Shown here in pieces: positions 13,845 to 26,384 of a stretch of DNA of 60,000 bases (position 1 is the stretch's first letter; every line of letters starts with the position of its first letter). Under the pieces are notes generated by a model. It saw nothing but the letters and a program-made list of their open reading frames with translations. It did no database searches and had not been told where the DNA came from. The translations under genes and the position numbers were made by a program. Source of the DNA: Squalus acanthias. Lineage: Eukaryota. The DNA lies in contig CM059432.1 of the NCBI GenBank assembly GCA_030390025.1, forward strand, positions 134,666,001-134,726,000, given 5' to 3'.

Positions 13845-14400
13845 GGCAATCCTGAGAAGGGCGCATCTAAATGCCAATCTTTAGCTGCCCCGTGAAGCTG
13901 GCGATGTACCGCCTTTTTGAACCATGGCAGACTTTGTGGCGATGGTGCTCCCACAATGGTGTTAGGTAGGGAATTCAAGGATATTGACCCAGCAACAATG
14001 AAGGTGCGGCGATAGAAGTCCGAGTCAGTATAGTGTGCGACTCGGAGGAGATGGTGTTCTCACGACGCTGCTGCTATTGTCCTTTGCAGGGGAGGGAGTA
14101 ACCTTGGTGAGTTTGCTGCAGTGTATCCTGTAGATCATGCATACTTGCAGCCTCAGTGCGCTGGTGATGGAGGGGGTGGATATTTAGTCAGTGATGGGGT
14201 GCCGATCCAGTGAAATGTTTTGTCCTGGATAATGTCGAGCTTCTGGAGCGTTGTTGCTGCTGTACCCATCCAGGTGAGTGGTGAATATTCCATCACGCTC
14301 CTGACTTGAGCCTGGTAGAGAGGGTTAAGAGGCTTTGAGGGGTCAGGAGGTGAGTCACTTGTCCCAAAGTACCCAACTCTGCCCTGTTCTTGTAGCCAGA
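13845..14400 (-). mobile_element. Diverged family-2 LINE 3' fragment
   Basis: YQAQVRSVMEYSPLTW remnant in ORF 14153-14419. Confidence 0.75.
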
Positions 14401-15107
14401 AATACACCGGGCAGCTCAATGGACAGCTAACACTGTTTAAAAAAAATTTGCATCATTGCTGAGTTGTCCGATATGTTATGATGCCTTACTCTGAACACAC
14501 TATTTACATACTGCAAAATAAAGACACTGCTAAAGACGTGATAGTGTTTACATTTGAAACACACATTAACAGCATCTATCTTGCCATGACTCTAAGCAAG
14601 TTTTGCTCCCGTATGCTACAATTTGGCATGACGGAGCTTGCTAAGTGCATTCAAAGGATGCGCCAGACCTTTTGCAGCCGTGGCTCAGTGGGTAGCACTC
14701 TGACCTGTGTGTCAAACGGTTGTGGGTTCAGGTTGCACTCCAGAGGCTTGAGCACAAAATCTAGGCCGACACTCCAGTACAGTGCTAAGTGTATTGAATG
14801 ATGTATTTTGCAGGAAGCTGATCTCGGTTCTCAAAAGAAGAGTACAATGAATGATAGGTTGCGGTCTTAAAAGGACATAAACGTAACAATAATCACCTCA
14901 AAAGTAATTCAAACATTGTTTTATGACTTCAGAAGTGATGCAGTAATGCTCGTGCAAGCCTGACGTGGTGAAGTATTTAAGTATTTCAATCCTAGGTGAC
15001 AATGATGCTAAATACAATTGTGGATTATTGAAAACAAGTCGGTAAATATCAAATCATTTATATCTCAAACAAATAAATCAAAGTTACTGAACTCCTCAAA
15101 AAAATCC

Positions 15108-15551
15108 CAGCCATGCCTTCTAAGTTGGTAGCACTCTCGCTTGAGTTAGGAGGTTGTGGGTTCGAGCCCCACTCCAGGGACTTCAGCAGAAAAATCTAGG
15201 CCGACACTCTAGTGCTGCACTGTTGGAGGTGCGGTCTTTCGGATGAGATGTTAAATTGAGGCCCCGTCTGACCTCTCAGGTTGATGTAAAATATCCCATG
15301 GCACTACTTCGAAGAAGAGCAGGGGAGTTATACCTGGTGGCTTGGCCAATATTTATCCCTCAATCAACATCACCAAAACAGATTATAAGGTCATTATTAC
15401 ATTGCTAATAGTGGGAGCTTGCTGTGTGCAAATTGGCTGCCATGTTTCCTGCATTACAACAGTGACTACACTTCAAAAGTACTTCATTGGCTGTAAAGCG
15501 CTTTGGGACATCCAGTGGTCATGAAAGGCGCTGTATAAATGCAAGTTTTTC
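15108..15551 (+). mobile_element. SacSINE1-like SINE, near full length
   Basis: tRNA head ggttcgagcccc, Deu core and tail. Confidence 0.85.
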
Positions 15552-16744
15552 TTTTTAAATAAGGCTGAAATGTCTCTACCAATAAAATTTTAAGTGCAGC
15601 TGTTACTAAACAACCCCCCCACCCTGCAACATGAAACAATTACATCACACCACATTAACAGATCTTCTCTTCTACTTCCAACCCTCCATAACAATCCCTT
15701 TATAGTTTCACTGGATATATATGTATACTCACACACACATATAATCTTATTTCCACAAAATGCATCACTGATTTTGTAACATTTACTATAAACACCATTT
15801 AAGTTAATTTTCTCTTCACACATCCATTCGGGAAATCTAGAGGGCCTATAGAGTTTTCCCCCTGACAATTTTCTTCCCTTCTTTCCTCAGGTGGATTATT
15901 CTTACAATGCCACTCAGTCTCTCCACTGCCCGCACAATTTCTATTTTTAAATCGCTGCTGCATTCGCTTACATTACATTGACTGTATTTCAGAGTAATTC
16001 ATTGTGTGTGAAGTGCTTTGGGACTTTGAGAGACTGATAAGGTAGTATATGAATCAGGACTACAATTCAAAAGTATTTCACCGGCTGTAAAGCTCTCTGG
16101 GACTTCCTGAGGTCGTGCAAGGTGCGATATAAATACAAGCCCTTTCTTCTTCTTTGAAAGGTGACATCTTCCTTTTTAATTTATTGTTCTATGCAAAAGA
16201 TTCAGTTCTTTTATTTAGTTGATGCAAATGATTTTTAACCAAAGTATTATAATCATGTATTAACAACTTTAGATGATAATCACCGCTCCCATTTTCTCGG
16301 AAAGCAGGTTCTGATATCAGTTACACCTCCTCTGCACCTGTTGATACTGAGTAAGCAAGTGCTGCAGTGTGATTTTGATCTGCATATCTAAGGTAGAGAG
16401 CTATATTTTATAGGTCACGTTGGGGGAGGGGGGGGGCGCGAAAGTAAGAGGTTGTTTGTTTAACAAATTCTTAGATGCCACCCTGTTTTCTTGGGAAGTT
16501 GATTTGACATGAAGATATTCACACCTCATTGCAAGTAAGTATGATTGATCAATCTCGTATGATTATGGTCAGTCGAGAATAATTACAGCAGTTTTCATAC
16601 TTGGCTATAAGAAAATAGTTAAATATGTTTACATAAATTTTCACAATTGATAATGGAATTGCTATATAAATAGCATAGAATGAACTGGGTTAAATTGGGA
16701 GTTGAAATTTTTTCATATAAACAGATTTTATATTGGACCTTTCA

Positions 16745-17232
16745 ATTAGGCACTTTACAGCCTTCCGGACTCAACATTGAGCTTTCGGACGGCAGCTGTT
16801 GATGATTCTGCTATTCCCATTTACAGCTCCTCTCGACCCATCTTTTGTTTCTTTACTTGTCCCATTACCACCACCTTTTGCCTCACACCATCATTCCTTT
16901 TGTCATTTAATCACTGCTGCCTTCCACCCTATCACAGACCTTCCCTATTGTTCTTTCCACCCCCCACCCCCCACTTTTCCTGCCTCTGTACTTGCTTAAA
17001 ATCTGTTAAATCTCCAACTACTTCCAGTTCTGATGAAAGGCCATCGACCTTTCCCCGCCTGTGTTCTTGCTTAAAACCAGTTACATTTCTAACTTTTTCC
17101 AGTTGCGACGAAAGGTCAACGTGAAGCGTTAACTGTTTCTCTCTCCACGGATGCTGCCTGACCTGCTGAGTATTTCCAGCATTTTCTGTTTTTATTTTCG
17201 ATTTCCAGCATCCGCAGTATTTTGCTTTTATT
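16745..17232 (+). mobile_element. Penelope-like 3' fragment with internally duplicated, degenerate hammerhead region
   Basis: Starts in the last GIY-YIG codons (LGTLQPSGLNI). The cttgcttaaaa...ttccagtt block occurs twice (~16990-17050 and ~17065-17136). Confidence 0.8.
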
Positions 17233-19299
17233 ACAATCGTCTCGTTGGGTAAGTCGCTAACAATGCTTTATTCGTTCATCTTCTTCTGCAGTATCTAGCT
17301 CAAACAGTGACACACAAGTGATGTTCACAAAATAAATATTTTTGATCCATAGCTACATTGCTGGTACATGTAGCGGTACAATTTTTGGACCACAGTGTAG
17401 GCAGCAAGTAGTTATTCTATTCACATTCCCAGGAGTCCTACATGTCCGTAAAGGAGTGCTTAGCCCATGTACCAATCTGTCAACATACACACTGCAGACA
17501 GGGGCACACGCACGGACATAATATTCTGTTGTCGCAAATTGTGTCAACGATTTTTTTTTTCCCCCACAGGATTTTTGAAAGACTGGTATCCAAACAGCAT
17601 AGAAAGAAAGCCACAGAAAATGTGAATAGCCAGGAATAGCTCATTTTTCAGGACAGTGTATTATGGCATAGCTTCTACTGATAGAGCTGCAGCACAGAAT
17701 CACCTCTTCAGGCAGTCTTGTACCCAACGCAAAACTCTAAACTGACGATCTTGGCAGGATTATATTGCATTTCTTTTGTCAGTGTGATCACACTGTACCA
17801 ATAGGCATGTAGTAACTAGAACATTAAATAATAACCTTAACAGCTTCTTTTTCTAGGTCTAGTAGTTCTGTAATATTTGAGTTACTATACCGAGTAACAA
17901 ATTTTCTCAAACTGTATAGTTATCTCTCTCAACTAAGCGCCAACTTTGTCGATACTTTGTTTTAAGTTCGTTATTCAATATATTGAACACATTATAATAA
18001 TAAAACTATAAAAATTAAAGCCTAAACAGATTATATCCCCAACCACCTCGCAGCTAATTTGATTTTTTTTTACATAACAAGTTGCCGACATAAAGCCAAT
18101 ACATTCAGAATCAGATTAAAACAATTAAATGTTTGCAACATAATTAGTTTAAATACTGCACAAAATCAAAAAGTCTAAACCAAACATTTCATCCAAACAT
18201 TAAACATGGGTGGCACTTAAAATGTGTCTGTGATAGTCAAGGAATTGCTTCATCTGCTCATAAATTATTTTTGCCACTAAAATTTACTTCTACAGTAACC
18301 AGAAAGTTAAATATGACACAATTAATCGTGTATATAATAATTATAATTAGTGAGAAATTTTTCATAAGAAACGAGAAAGCTTGAATTATATTGGGCTGGA
18401 TTTTCATATTGTAGATAATGAAGAAAAAAGACTTGAAACACACCATTTACGCACAAATGGTGAGAGTGAGAGAGACTGAAGTTCAAATCTTTGTTTACAG
18501 TACTGAGAAACATTGTAGTTGATGAGTACATTGTGATTACATGCAACTTTATGGTAATTACTGACAATGAAGAATTGGCGGCAATAACCCTCCATTAACC
18601 TTGTCTAAGAATAGTATAAAATTATAACCAATTTGAGAAGATTCATAATAATTGAAAATGCAATCATAAGCATTTGCAGTATGTAGTACATCATTCTGAA
18701 AATATTTAAATTGCCATTTTTCACATAATATTCTTCCCCTTACCACATTTAATGCATAACACCCTTTTTCTTGCAACACAAAACATGGAAAAATATTGTA
18801 CACCAAATACTTTATCAATTAATGTTCAAATACTTTTTACACCACTGCAATGTTTTGTATATAACATGCACCATTTCACATTTAAAAATGAGCTTCTTGC
18901 AGCGCATAATAAAGATCCCATGGCACTATCTGAAGACGACTATGATTTTTTGGACAACATTCTTTCTTTTACCAAAGTAGATTAATCGCTTCTTCATCTC
19001 AATGATTTGGGATGTCGTTATGAGGCCACATGAGAACAGTAATGCATGGTATGTGAAGCACTTTGGATATTTCTGAGACATGCTATATAAATTAAGTTCT
19101 TTCTTAATTATTACTGATAGTGGATTTTTTTAATTACAATTGCAGTGCGGCATACAAGTACTGCTGTATCTGAAAATGAGTTTGAGGTTCACTTCAGCTA
19201 TAAGGACCTTCTGTAGTCTACAACTTGGTTTCCCACAGATTCCTATCAGTAACTTTTAACGGCCTATTAACTGCAATAGGAAGCTTGATTAGGCCCTCA

Positions 19300-20280
19300 A
19301 GTATCACTGCTGGCTTTAGTTTTCAAAAAGGACCAATTTAACATTGTGCGGACCTGTACAGAGATCAGCATCAAGAGAGTTATGTGATTAAATATCCCCC
19401 TCTATTGTGCGAGCACCAGATCTCCTTGATCCGCTCCACCATCCGTTCATCAGTCACCCAACGTTTTGTGCTGTACTTCTTTAATGCTGGAGGGTAACTT
19501 TGCAAAAGGTGCAATCTTTCTTGTACTAATCTGCTTCAACTAATCCGCTGAGTTCATGCCAGCACCACAGTGAAGTTGGCCTGCCTGCAGACAATAGTTA
19601 CCAGCGACATGCATTGTGACCCTTGCTAGTCTATGGTTTTACAGTGCACACAGGGGGCTCAATGCATCCTCACGCGCTGTGTGCTTGATGGACTTCGATT
19701 TACCCCAATTACAGTCCATTTAGTTTGCTGCCAATTGATGCAAACTGACAGTGTAAACTAGGTGACACTGCTTCCTTTGAACTTGGGCTGTAATATCAGA
19801 AAAGGTGCTTTCGGGAAAGCATCTCCAGAAGCAGCATCACCTTCAACGGCAATACAAACACACAAGTGGGCTTGGCATCAGAGGTGGCGAGATTTTCTTG
19901 ATGACAGAGGGCCAAGTGGCTTAACCTGCCCGCACACTACAGCACTTGCAGGCCAGGCACTGGGATACAGCACCCAGACCCACCAACACAAATCTCAACT
20001 TTAATGTAACTCTGGCCACGGGCAATTGTTATTTTCTTCTGGCTGCTGTCGCACAATATAAAAACGAGATCATTTCTGAGGCACCGAGGAGAGGTATTGC
20101 AAAAATACGGCAGCAACTTTGTGATCAGATGCAGCAGATACTGTGGGAAGTACATGTAACAATAAACAGAATACTTGGGCAAAAACACTTTCCTATAGAG
20201 TGTACCTGGGTTTCAGATCCATTTCGTTGTACCGCACAGTGCAGTTCACGAAGAAGAAAACGATGGTACTGTACTTAAAA
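19300..20280 (-). pseudogene. Highly decayed hAT-like transposase remnant
   Basis: The minus strand at 19490-19385 reads PALKKYSTKRWVTDERMVERIKEIW, the same spacing as the recalled hAT-like motif K(F/Y)xxxRWVxxxxxxERxxEIW; GHNAC lies upstream near 19620. Many stops; extent uncertain. Confidence 0.4.
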
Positions 20281-21317
20281 TGTGTATTTTCAGTCAAAGG
20301 TAATCAAAGGAGTCGAGGGGTATGGGGAGAGAGCGGGAAAGTGGTGTTGAGGCCAAGATTGGATCAGCCATGATCTTATTGAATGGCGGAGCAGGCTCGA
20401 GGGGCCGATTGGCCTACTCCTGCTCCTGTTTCTTATGTTCTTAAAAGCAACAGCTACAACATCTTGGTAAGATATTGAACTATGTGGACCAAAGCCTGCA
20501 CTCTCCCCAATGGTAGCTTTGCAACCTTGGATGGACTGTATTTGAAAGGCCCATTTATCTCCAAAGGGAGGGGGGGTGGGGGGGAAAACGGCAAGCAAAT
20601 CACTTTGGCCCACTCCTGCACAATGCCTGGTGGCTGTTCATTCAATAGGATTAATAGAGGTGTGGGAGATATAAACAAGTTGCCAGTCTTCTTAGCTCTG
20701 AAGTGAGAAATATAATTATAGAAAACACAGGAAGTGGCCATTCAGCCCATTGCATCTGTGCTGGCATTCTGAAAGAGTTATTCTATTAGACCCATTTTCC
20801 TGCCCTTTCCCTATATCTTTAAAAAAACAAACAAATATTTATCCATCATACAGATACGCCCAAAAAATACTTATTTAAAAAAGATATTTTTTTTGAGGGT
20901 TCCAAAATATATTAATTTACTTTAACAGGCCACAGATTTAATGACGGGAAATTTACAGGCAATTGAATACTCTTACAATATGCAATTTTAAAAGTAAATA
21001 TTTTTTTGCAGAAAGTCTAAGCTACTAAAGATCACTGGATGCTCTTCAGACTGTTTCCATGGTTTTCTACTACCTCCTAGGCAACAGCTAAGTATAGGCC
21101 TAGAACACGGAGCTTCCATCCAGTGTTTTGAATAACATTTAATCTTTGGATGCTCCAGAAAAATACGAAAGAGATTCAACTCCTTCACTGCTGCTGGAGC
21201 CTAACACACTGAGATACTTATATATTGAATATATGTCCACTGAATAGACAATCATATGACCAGGAGTATGGTTGTTATGCCCTATTTTTCTCCCTGTTCC
21301 TTTCTCTTCTTAAAATC

Positions 21318-21780
21318 ATAGCATTTTACAGCACAGGAGGCGGCTATTCGGCCCATCGTGCCTGTGCCGGCTCTTTGAAAGAGCTGTCCAATTAGTCCCA
21401 CTCTCCTGCTCTTTCCCTATAGCCCTGCTAATTATTCCGTTTCAAGTATTTATCCAATTCCCTTTTGAAAGTTACTATTGAATCTGCTTCCACCAGCCTT
21501 TCAGGCAGCGCATTCCAGATCATAATAACTCGTTGCATAAAAAAAATTCTCCTCATTTCTCCTCTTTTTAAAAAAAAAACAATTAGCTTAAATCTGTGTC
21601 CTCTGGTTACCGACCCTCCTGCCAGTGGAAATAGTTTCTCTTTATTTACTATCAAAATCCCTTATAACTCTGAACACCTCCATTAAATCTCCCCTTTACC
21701 TCCGCTGCTCTAAGGAGAACAATCCCAGCTTCTCTAGTCTCTCCACATCACTGAAGTCCCTCATTGCTGGTGCCATTCTT
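21318..21780 (-). mobile_element. CR1 LINE 3' end
   Basis: KEKLFPLAGGSVTRGHRFK...IWNALPE in ORF 21428-21655. Confidence 0.85.
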
Positions 21781-22480
21781 GAGGATGCTAAGTCCGTGCT
21801 GGCGTAAGGCTCCACAGTTGCTGCTTGTCCTTTTGTACTTCATTCAAGTCATCATTCCTGATGGATCTCCAGACAGTGAGTATTGGCAGGTAAATCAATT
21901 CTCGTTTTTTGTGGCTTAATATCATACCACACACCCACATTTACCTACTGAACCACTGGTCGACCTTCACAATCATTATTTTAATCCCATAAGTGTAACT
22001 TTAGCATGCCCCATGTATATGACATATGGAAAAACATTGAGATTTGTTTTATATCTTCCACATGAACATACAGGTATTAGTCCTACTAAATAAAAAAGGA
22101 CAGGGGGAAGGGAGAACAATCGTTTTCACCGAGTCCCCCCCCAACAACATCCACATCCTGAAGGTCACCATTGACCAGAAGCTTAACTAAACCAGCCATA
22201 GCAATGCTGTGGCTACAAAAACCAAGGCTAAAACTGGGTACTCTGTTAGCAAGTGGCTCACCATCTGACCCCCAAAGCCTCTTCACCATCTACAAGGCTC
22301 AAGTCAGGACTGTGATGGAATACCCACCTCTCGCGTGGATGAGTGAAGCAGCAGAAGTACTCAAGGACGCCTTCCACAATGGAGCTATTTGCTTGATCAT
22401 CACCCTGCCACTGGACTGAATATCCTCACTCCACAGTATGTGATTAGTTAACTCATCTCAGTTGGCATGGAGGAAGAGAC

Positions 22481-23220
22481 GGCCCAGAAATTCCAGCCGG
22501 AGGCTTCCCGCGGGCGCAAGCCCCCGACCGGCACTTAAGAAGCGCGCCTACCGTTGTGCTCTGGGCCCGCGCAGAATTCCATTCCTGTGCCTGCTCCAGC
22601 TGCCGGTGTGCAGGGCACGCGTATCCCAGGGGCGCAGCTAATTCGTAGCGTCCCTGGGATCACGTGGACCATGGGGAGCCAATCGGAGCAGGGAATCTCC
22701 ATTCATAGATTTGACAGGAAGACCTGTCAAATCTATGAATAGAGATCAGCCCCAAAACCTAAGTAAAACTTCAAAAAAAAACACATTTTTAAAATAACTA
22801 TAAATTACATAAATTAACTACTTTAAACAAAAATTTACATTTTTGATAAAAATAATTAAAGTTTTTAACGGGGGCTAAAAATAAACTTACCTTTCTTTAA
22901 AGTATTTTAAAATGATAAACCTGTGGAAAAAATGTTTGACTTTTACTTTCTTCACCTCTTACCTTGTTAAAAGCAGGCCTTGCGCCTGATTTTTCCACGC
23001 ACAGCTGCTAGGGACTTACCCGCACTGCATCAACTGAGAAAAAAACGGAAGTTCGATGCGTACGCGCTGCCTCTCCGGCGCATGCGGTTGACCTGCGAAC
23101 CCCTTCCTTCACGAGACCGGAAGTTCCGGTTTCCCGTGCATGCGCGAAACCGGCACTTCCGCGGCCCTACGGGTGAGTACACAGCGCGTGCTCACCCGTA
23201 GGGAACGGAATTTCAGGGCC
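22481..23220 (-). mobile_element. Harbinger-type MITE copy A
   Basis: TIR ggcccagaaattcc / ggaatttcagggcc; reverse-complement homologue of copies B and C; no clean TSD. Confidence 0.85.
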
Positions 23221-23906
23221 ATTACTGTTGGCTTCAGCAGCCCCAGTTTAGGAAGGAAAACAAATATATCAGCCAGGGATCTCAACCAGAAGTTTGCAGC
23301 GTGAACAGGAACAGACTCGTCTCTCATGCCCCCCCCCCCCAATGTGATATAGCTTGCTGACGCACACATTCTCGGGCTGACATGTGAATGGCCACTTGGG
23401 CGAGGTACCAGCGACAACTGGAGCTTGCAGAACTGGGAGTCAATGCCTGCAGCGGAGATAGCAAGAAAATTGTTGCGAAAGAAAGTATTTTGTGAATGTT
23501 TAAATTGTAATTTAATTTTACGCTATTTATCTGTGGTGAAAGAGTTACCTCAATCTCTTCAGATAGTATACACCAGACTTGAGCAGTAACAGAACTTCTT
23601 CACCCAAGTTAATGTGCAAATTGTGGATTTCAGTAGGTGCAATTGTACAGCTCAAGTCTCCAAACAATATTTCCAGGCAGTACTTTGCATGGTAAAGAGT
23701 TCCACTCACCACAACTGCAAAACAAACCCTCTTTGAACCATTGGTGCTCATGTGACGAGAATCACCGGTCTTCAAAGCCAAAGTGAAGTTAAACTTCCAG
23801 CAAATGGCCGAGCGCCTGGTTTGATGAAAGCTTTTAGGCTATAATTAATCTGGGGCTGGAAATATTAAAATTCTCCTTCCAGAAATAAAAACAGAACACT
23901 GCCTAC

Positions 23907-24118
23907 CTGGGAACTCTGCCCATCAAGCTTCCTTCACTAGAGGATGATTTGGGTCTCGTTTCTATTTCAGTCTTCAGCTTTTCCTTTACTCCACTTTGCG
24001 GCTTCTGCTGATCTTGCTGCTGTGTTTCCTCCTGTGGCTGTTCACGCTGCTCCTCCATCTTTTCTTCTTTTTCGCTCTCGCTTTCATTGTCACTATCTTC
24101 TCCCAAGATGTCGTCCAC
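23907..24118 (-). CDS. CTDP1: Internal (penultimate) coding exon of CTD phosphatase subunit 1 (FCP1)
   Basis: Translates VDDILGEDSDNESESEKEEK...SSEGSLMGRVPR, matching the recalled vertebrate FCP1 segment VDDILGEGSDDSDSEK...GGRGPR. Acceptor ccccatttggcag|GTG (phase 0), donor CCCAG|gtaggc (phase 2), 212 nt. Confidence 0.9.
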
Positions 24119-24162
24119 CTGCCAAATGGGGTTATATCGTTAAATCAAGTCAACAAGAATTA

Positions 24163-24572
24163 CACAATTTTACAGCACGGAAACTCAGGCCATTCGGCCC
24201 AACTGGTCTGTGACAGTGTTTGTGCTCCACACCAGCCTCCTCCCACCCCATCAACATATCCTTCTATTCCTTTCTCCCTCATATGTTTATCGAGCTTCCC
24301 TTGAAATGCATCTATGCTATTCGCCTCTATCACTCCATGTGGTAGCGAGTTCTGCATTCTGACCATTCTTTGGGTAAAGAAGTTTCTCCTGAATTCCCTA
24401 CTGGATTTCAGTGATTATCTTTATATTTATGGCCCCTAGTTTTGGTGTCTCAGTGGAAACATCTTCTCTACGTCTACCCTATCGAACCCCTTCATCTTTT
24501 TAAAGACCTCAATCAGGTCACCTCTCAGTCTTCGCTTTTCTGTTCAGTCTTTCCTGATGGTTGTACCCTCTG
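24163..24572 (-). mobile_element. CR1 LINE 3' end
   Basis: NSLP..V.EANSIDAF.GKLDKHMREKGIEGY in ORF 24160-24366; ends ~45 nt upstream of the exon acceptor. Confidence 0.85.
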
Positions 24573-24876
24573 AATCTTGGCTTCAAATAGCTTGGTGCAC
24601 ATGCAGTGCCAAGCAATAGTTCTTCCTTGCTCTGCTTGAAATGTGCATCCACTCTTCCCTTTAAAGGGGCAATGATCTCTGCCTCAACTACTCAACTTGC
24701 TCAGACTTATAGCCAAAGCCTCAAAATTGCAAACAAATGAACAGCTAACATTATTAATAGCCTTGCATTAACTGAATGCTTTCAACGAAGCATCAATCAC
24801 CCACAAATATTTTCTACCTTTGCTGCCGAATAATCATCATCTACATTGATCCACATTTTTTGTTCCAGTACATATA

Positions 24877-25551
24877 GGGCCGGATATTCCGATCCCTACG
24901 GGTGGGTACGCGCTGTGTACCCACCGTAGGGACATCGGAAATGCCGGTTTCAGGCATGCACTGCGCATGCGCTGGAAACCGGCATTTCCGATCTGTCAAG
25001 AAAGCTCTTTGGAGACCCTCCGCCCGCAGAAAACACTTACAATTCTTGCGCCTGGTAAAAACAGGCGTAAGGCCTGTTGTTAGCAGGATAAGAGTTGAAA
25101 AAAGTTTTTAAAAATTTCCACTGATTTATCATTTAAAAATACTTTAAAGAAAGGTAAGTTTATTTTTAGCCCCGTTAAAAACTTTAATTATTTTTGCTTA
25201 AAATAGTTAATTTATGTAATTTCAAGTCATTTTAAAAATGTGATTTAAAAAAAAAATTATTTGAAGTTTTACTATGTTTTGGGGGTGATCTCTATTCATA
25301 TATTTGACAGGTTTTCCTGTCAAATGTATGAAGGGAGATTCCCTTCTCTGATTGGCTCCCCATGGCCCGTGATCCCAGGGACGCTGCGAACTACCTGCGC
25401 CCCTGGGATACGTGGGGCCCTGCGCACCGGCAGTTTGGAGAGGCCCAGCAGCGGAACTGTGCGCCTCCCGAGAGCCCTCCGGTCTTGGCGCAGATTTTTC
25501 CAGCTCGCAGCCCTCTGCCCGCGGGAGGCCTGCGATCGGAATATCTGGGCC
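24877..25551 (+). mobile_element. Harbinger-type MITE copy B
   Basis: TIR gggccggatattccgatc / gatcggaatatctgggcc; TSD ata (24874-24876, 25552-25554). Confidence 0.88.
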
Positions 25552-26384
25552 ATAATTTTACAATTATCCATAACTGTCTTGGGACAGTGGATGCACACAC
25601 ATATCTTTTGAAATTATATTAAGCCTGGAGCGGGACTCGAACCCACAGCCTACGGATTCAGATGCGAGAGTGCTACCAACTGAGCCACAGCTGACACACA
25701 TTGTATTATTTAAAACATAAATAGATGACATGTAAGCACCCGCTCGCAACTTTTTTCTCTTTTGTTTAAGACATTTGTTGTTGTTAAAACCATTGCTAAT
25801 TCCCAGTTGCAAGTGTTTTGAGACAAGGATCTACAAACTAATTTATATGCTGCTCATAGATTACAGCTCAGAACAGATAAGAAAACCCAATGATATCTGC
25901 CAACTCAGTGAATCTAATTAGTTCTCCAAATGCACTTTATAATAACCACCTTAGCTCCAGCAAACACGCCATCCTATTTTTCTTGGAAACATAATAGAAA
26001 TCTTAATTGTACCTTAATTATATTACCACTGAAAACTGTGCTCACTTAGGGAAAACTAAATGTGACACACTGGGGAAAAAAAAGGGTAAAAACGTTTGTA
26101 ATGCTTTAAACTGTTGCTGTTAACTCTGTGCTTAAAGGGGAAGTGAATCCTGTTCTCTTTGTTTGCCATTCTATCTCGCCTCCTCTCCTGAAGGCAGTGA
26201 CTCATTCTGAGGGTATCGTTCCAGAGACCCTGGCAACCCTTACCCAGGTAGGTCATTCACATGTAAACCCAGGCAATAAATGTCAGGTTATTGGAATGTG
26301 GAGAGCCAACTCCCATCCTATTCTCACTAACATACACTTTCCAGCAGGAACCACCGCAGAGTGTTGTCTCAATTATAAAATTCT

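Noticed and set aside
1..23906. Terminal CTDP1 exon (GHKRK...AELND)
   Set aside because: Not found by eye; presumably lies beyond the window start.
25620..25700. tRNA gene
   Set aside because: A/B boxes match the SINE head seen elsewhere in the window; no complete cloverleaf.
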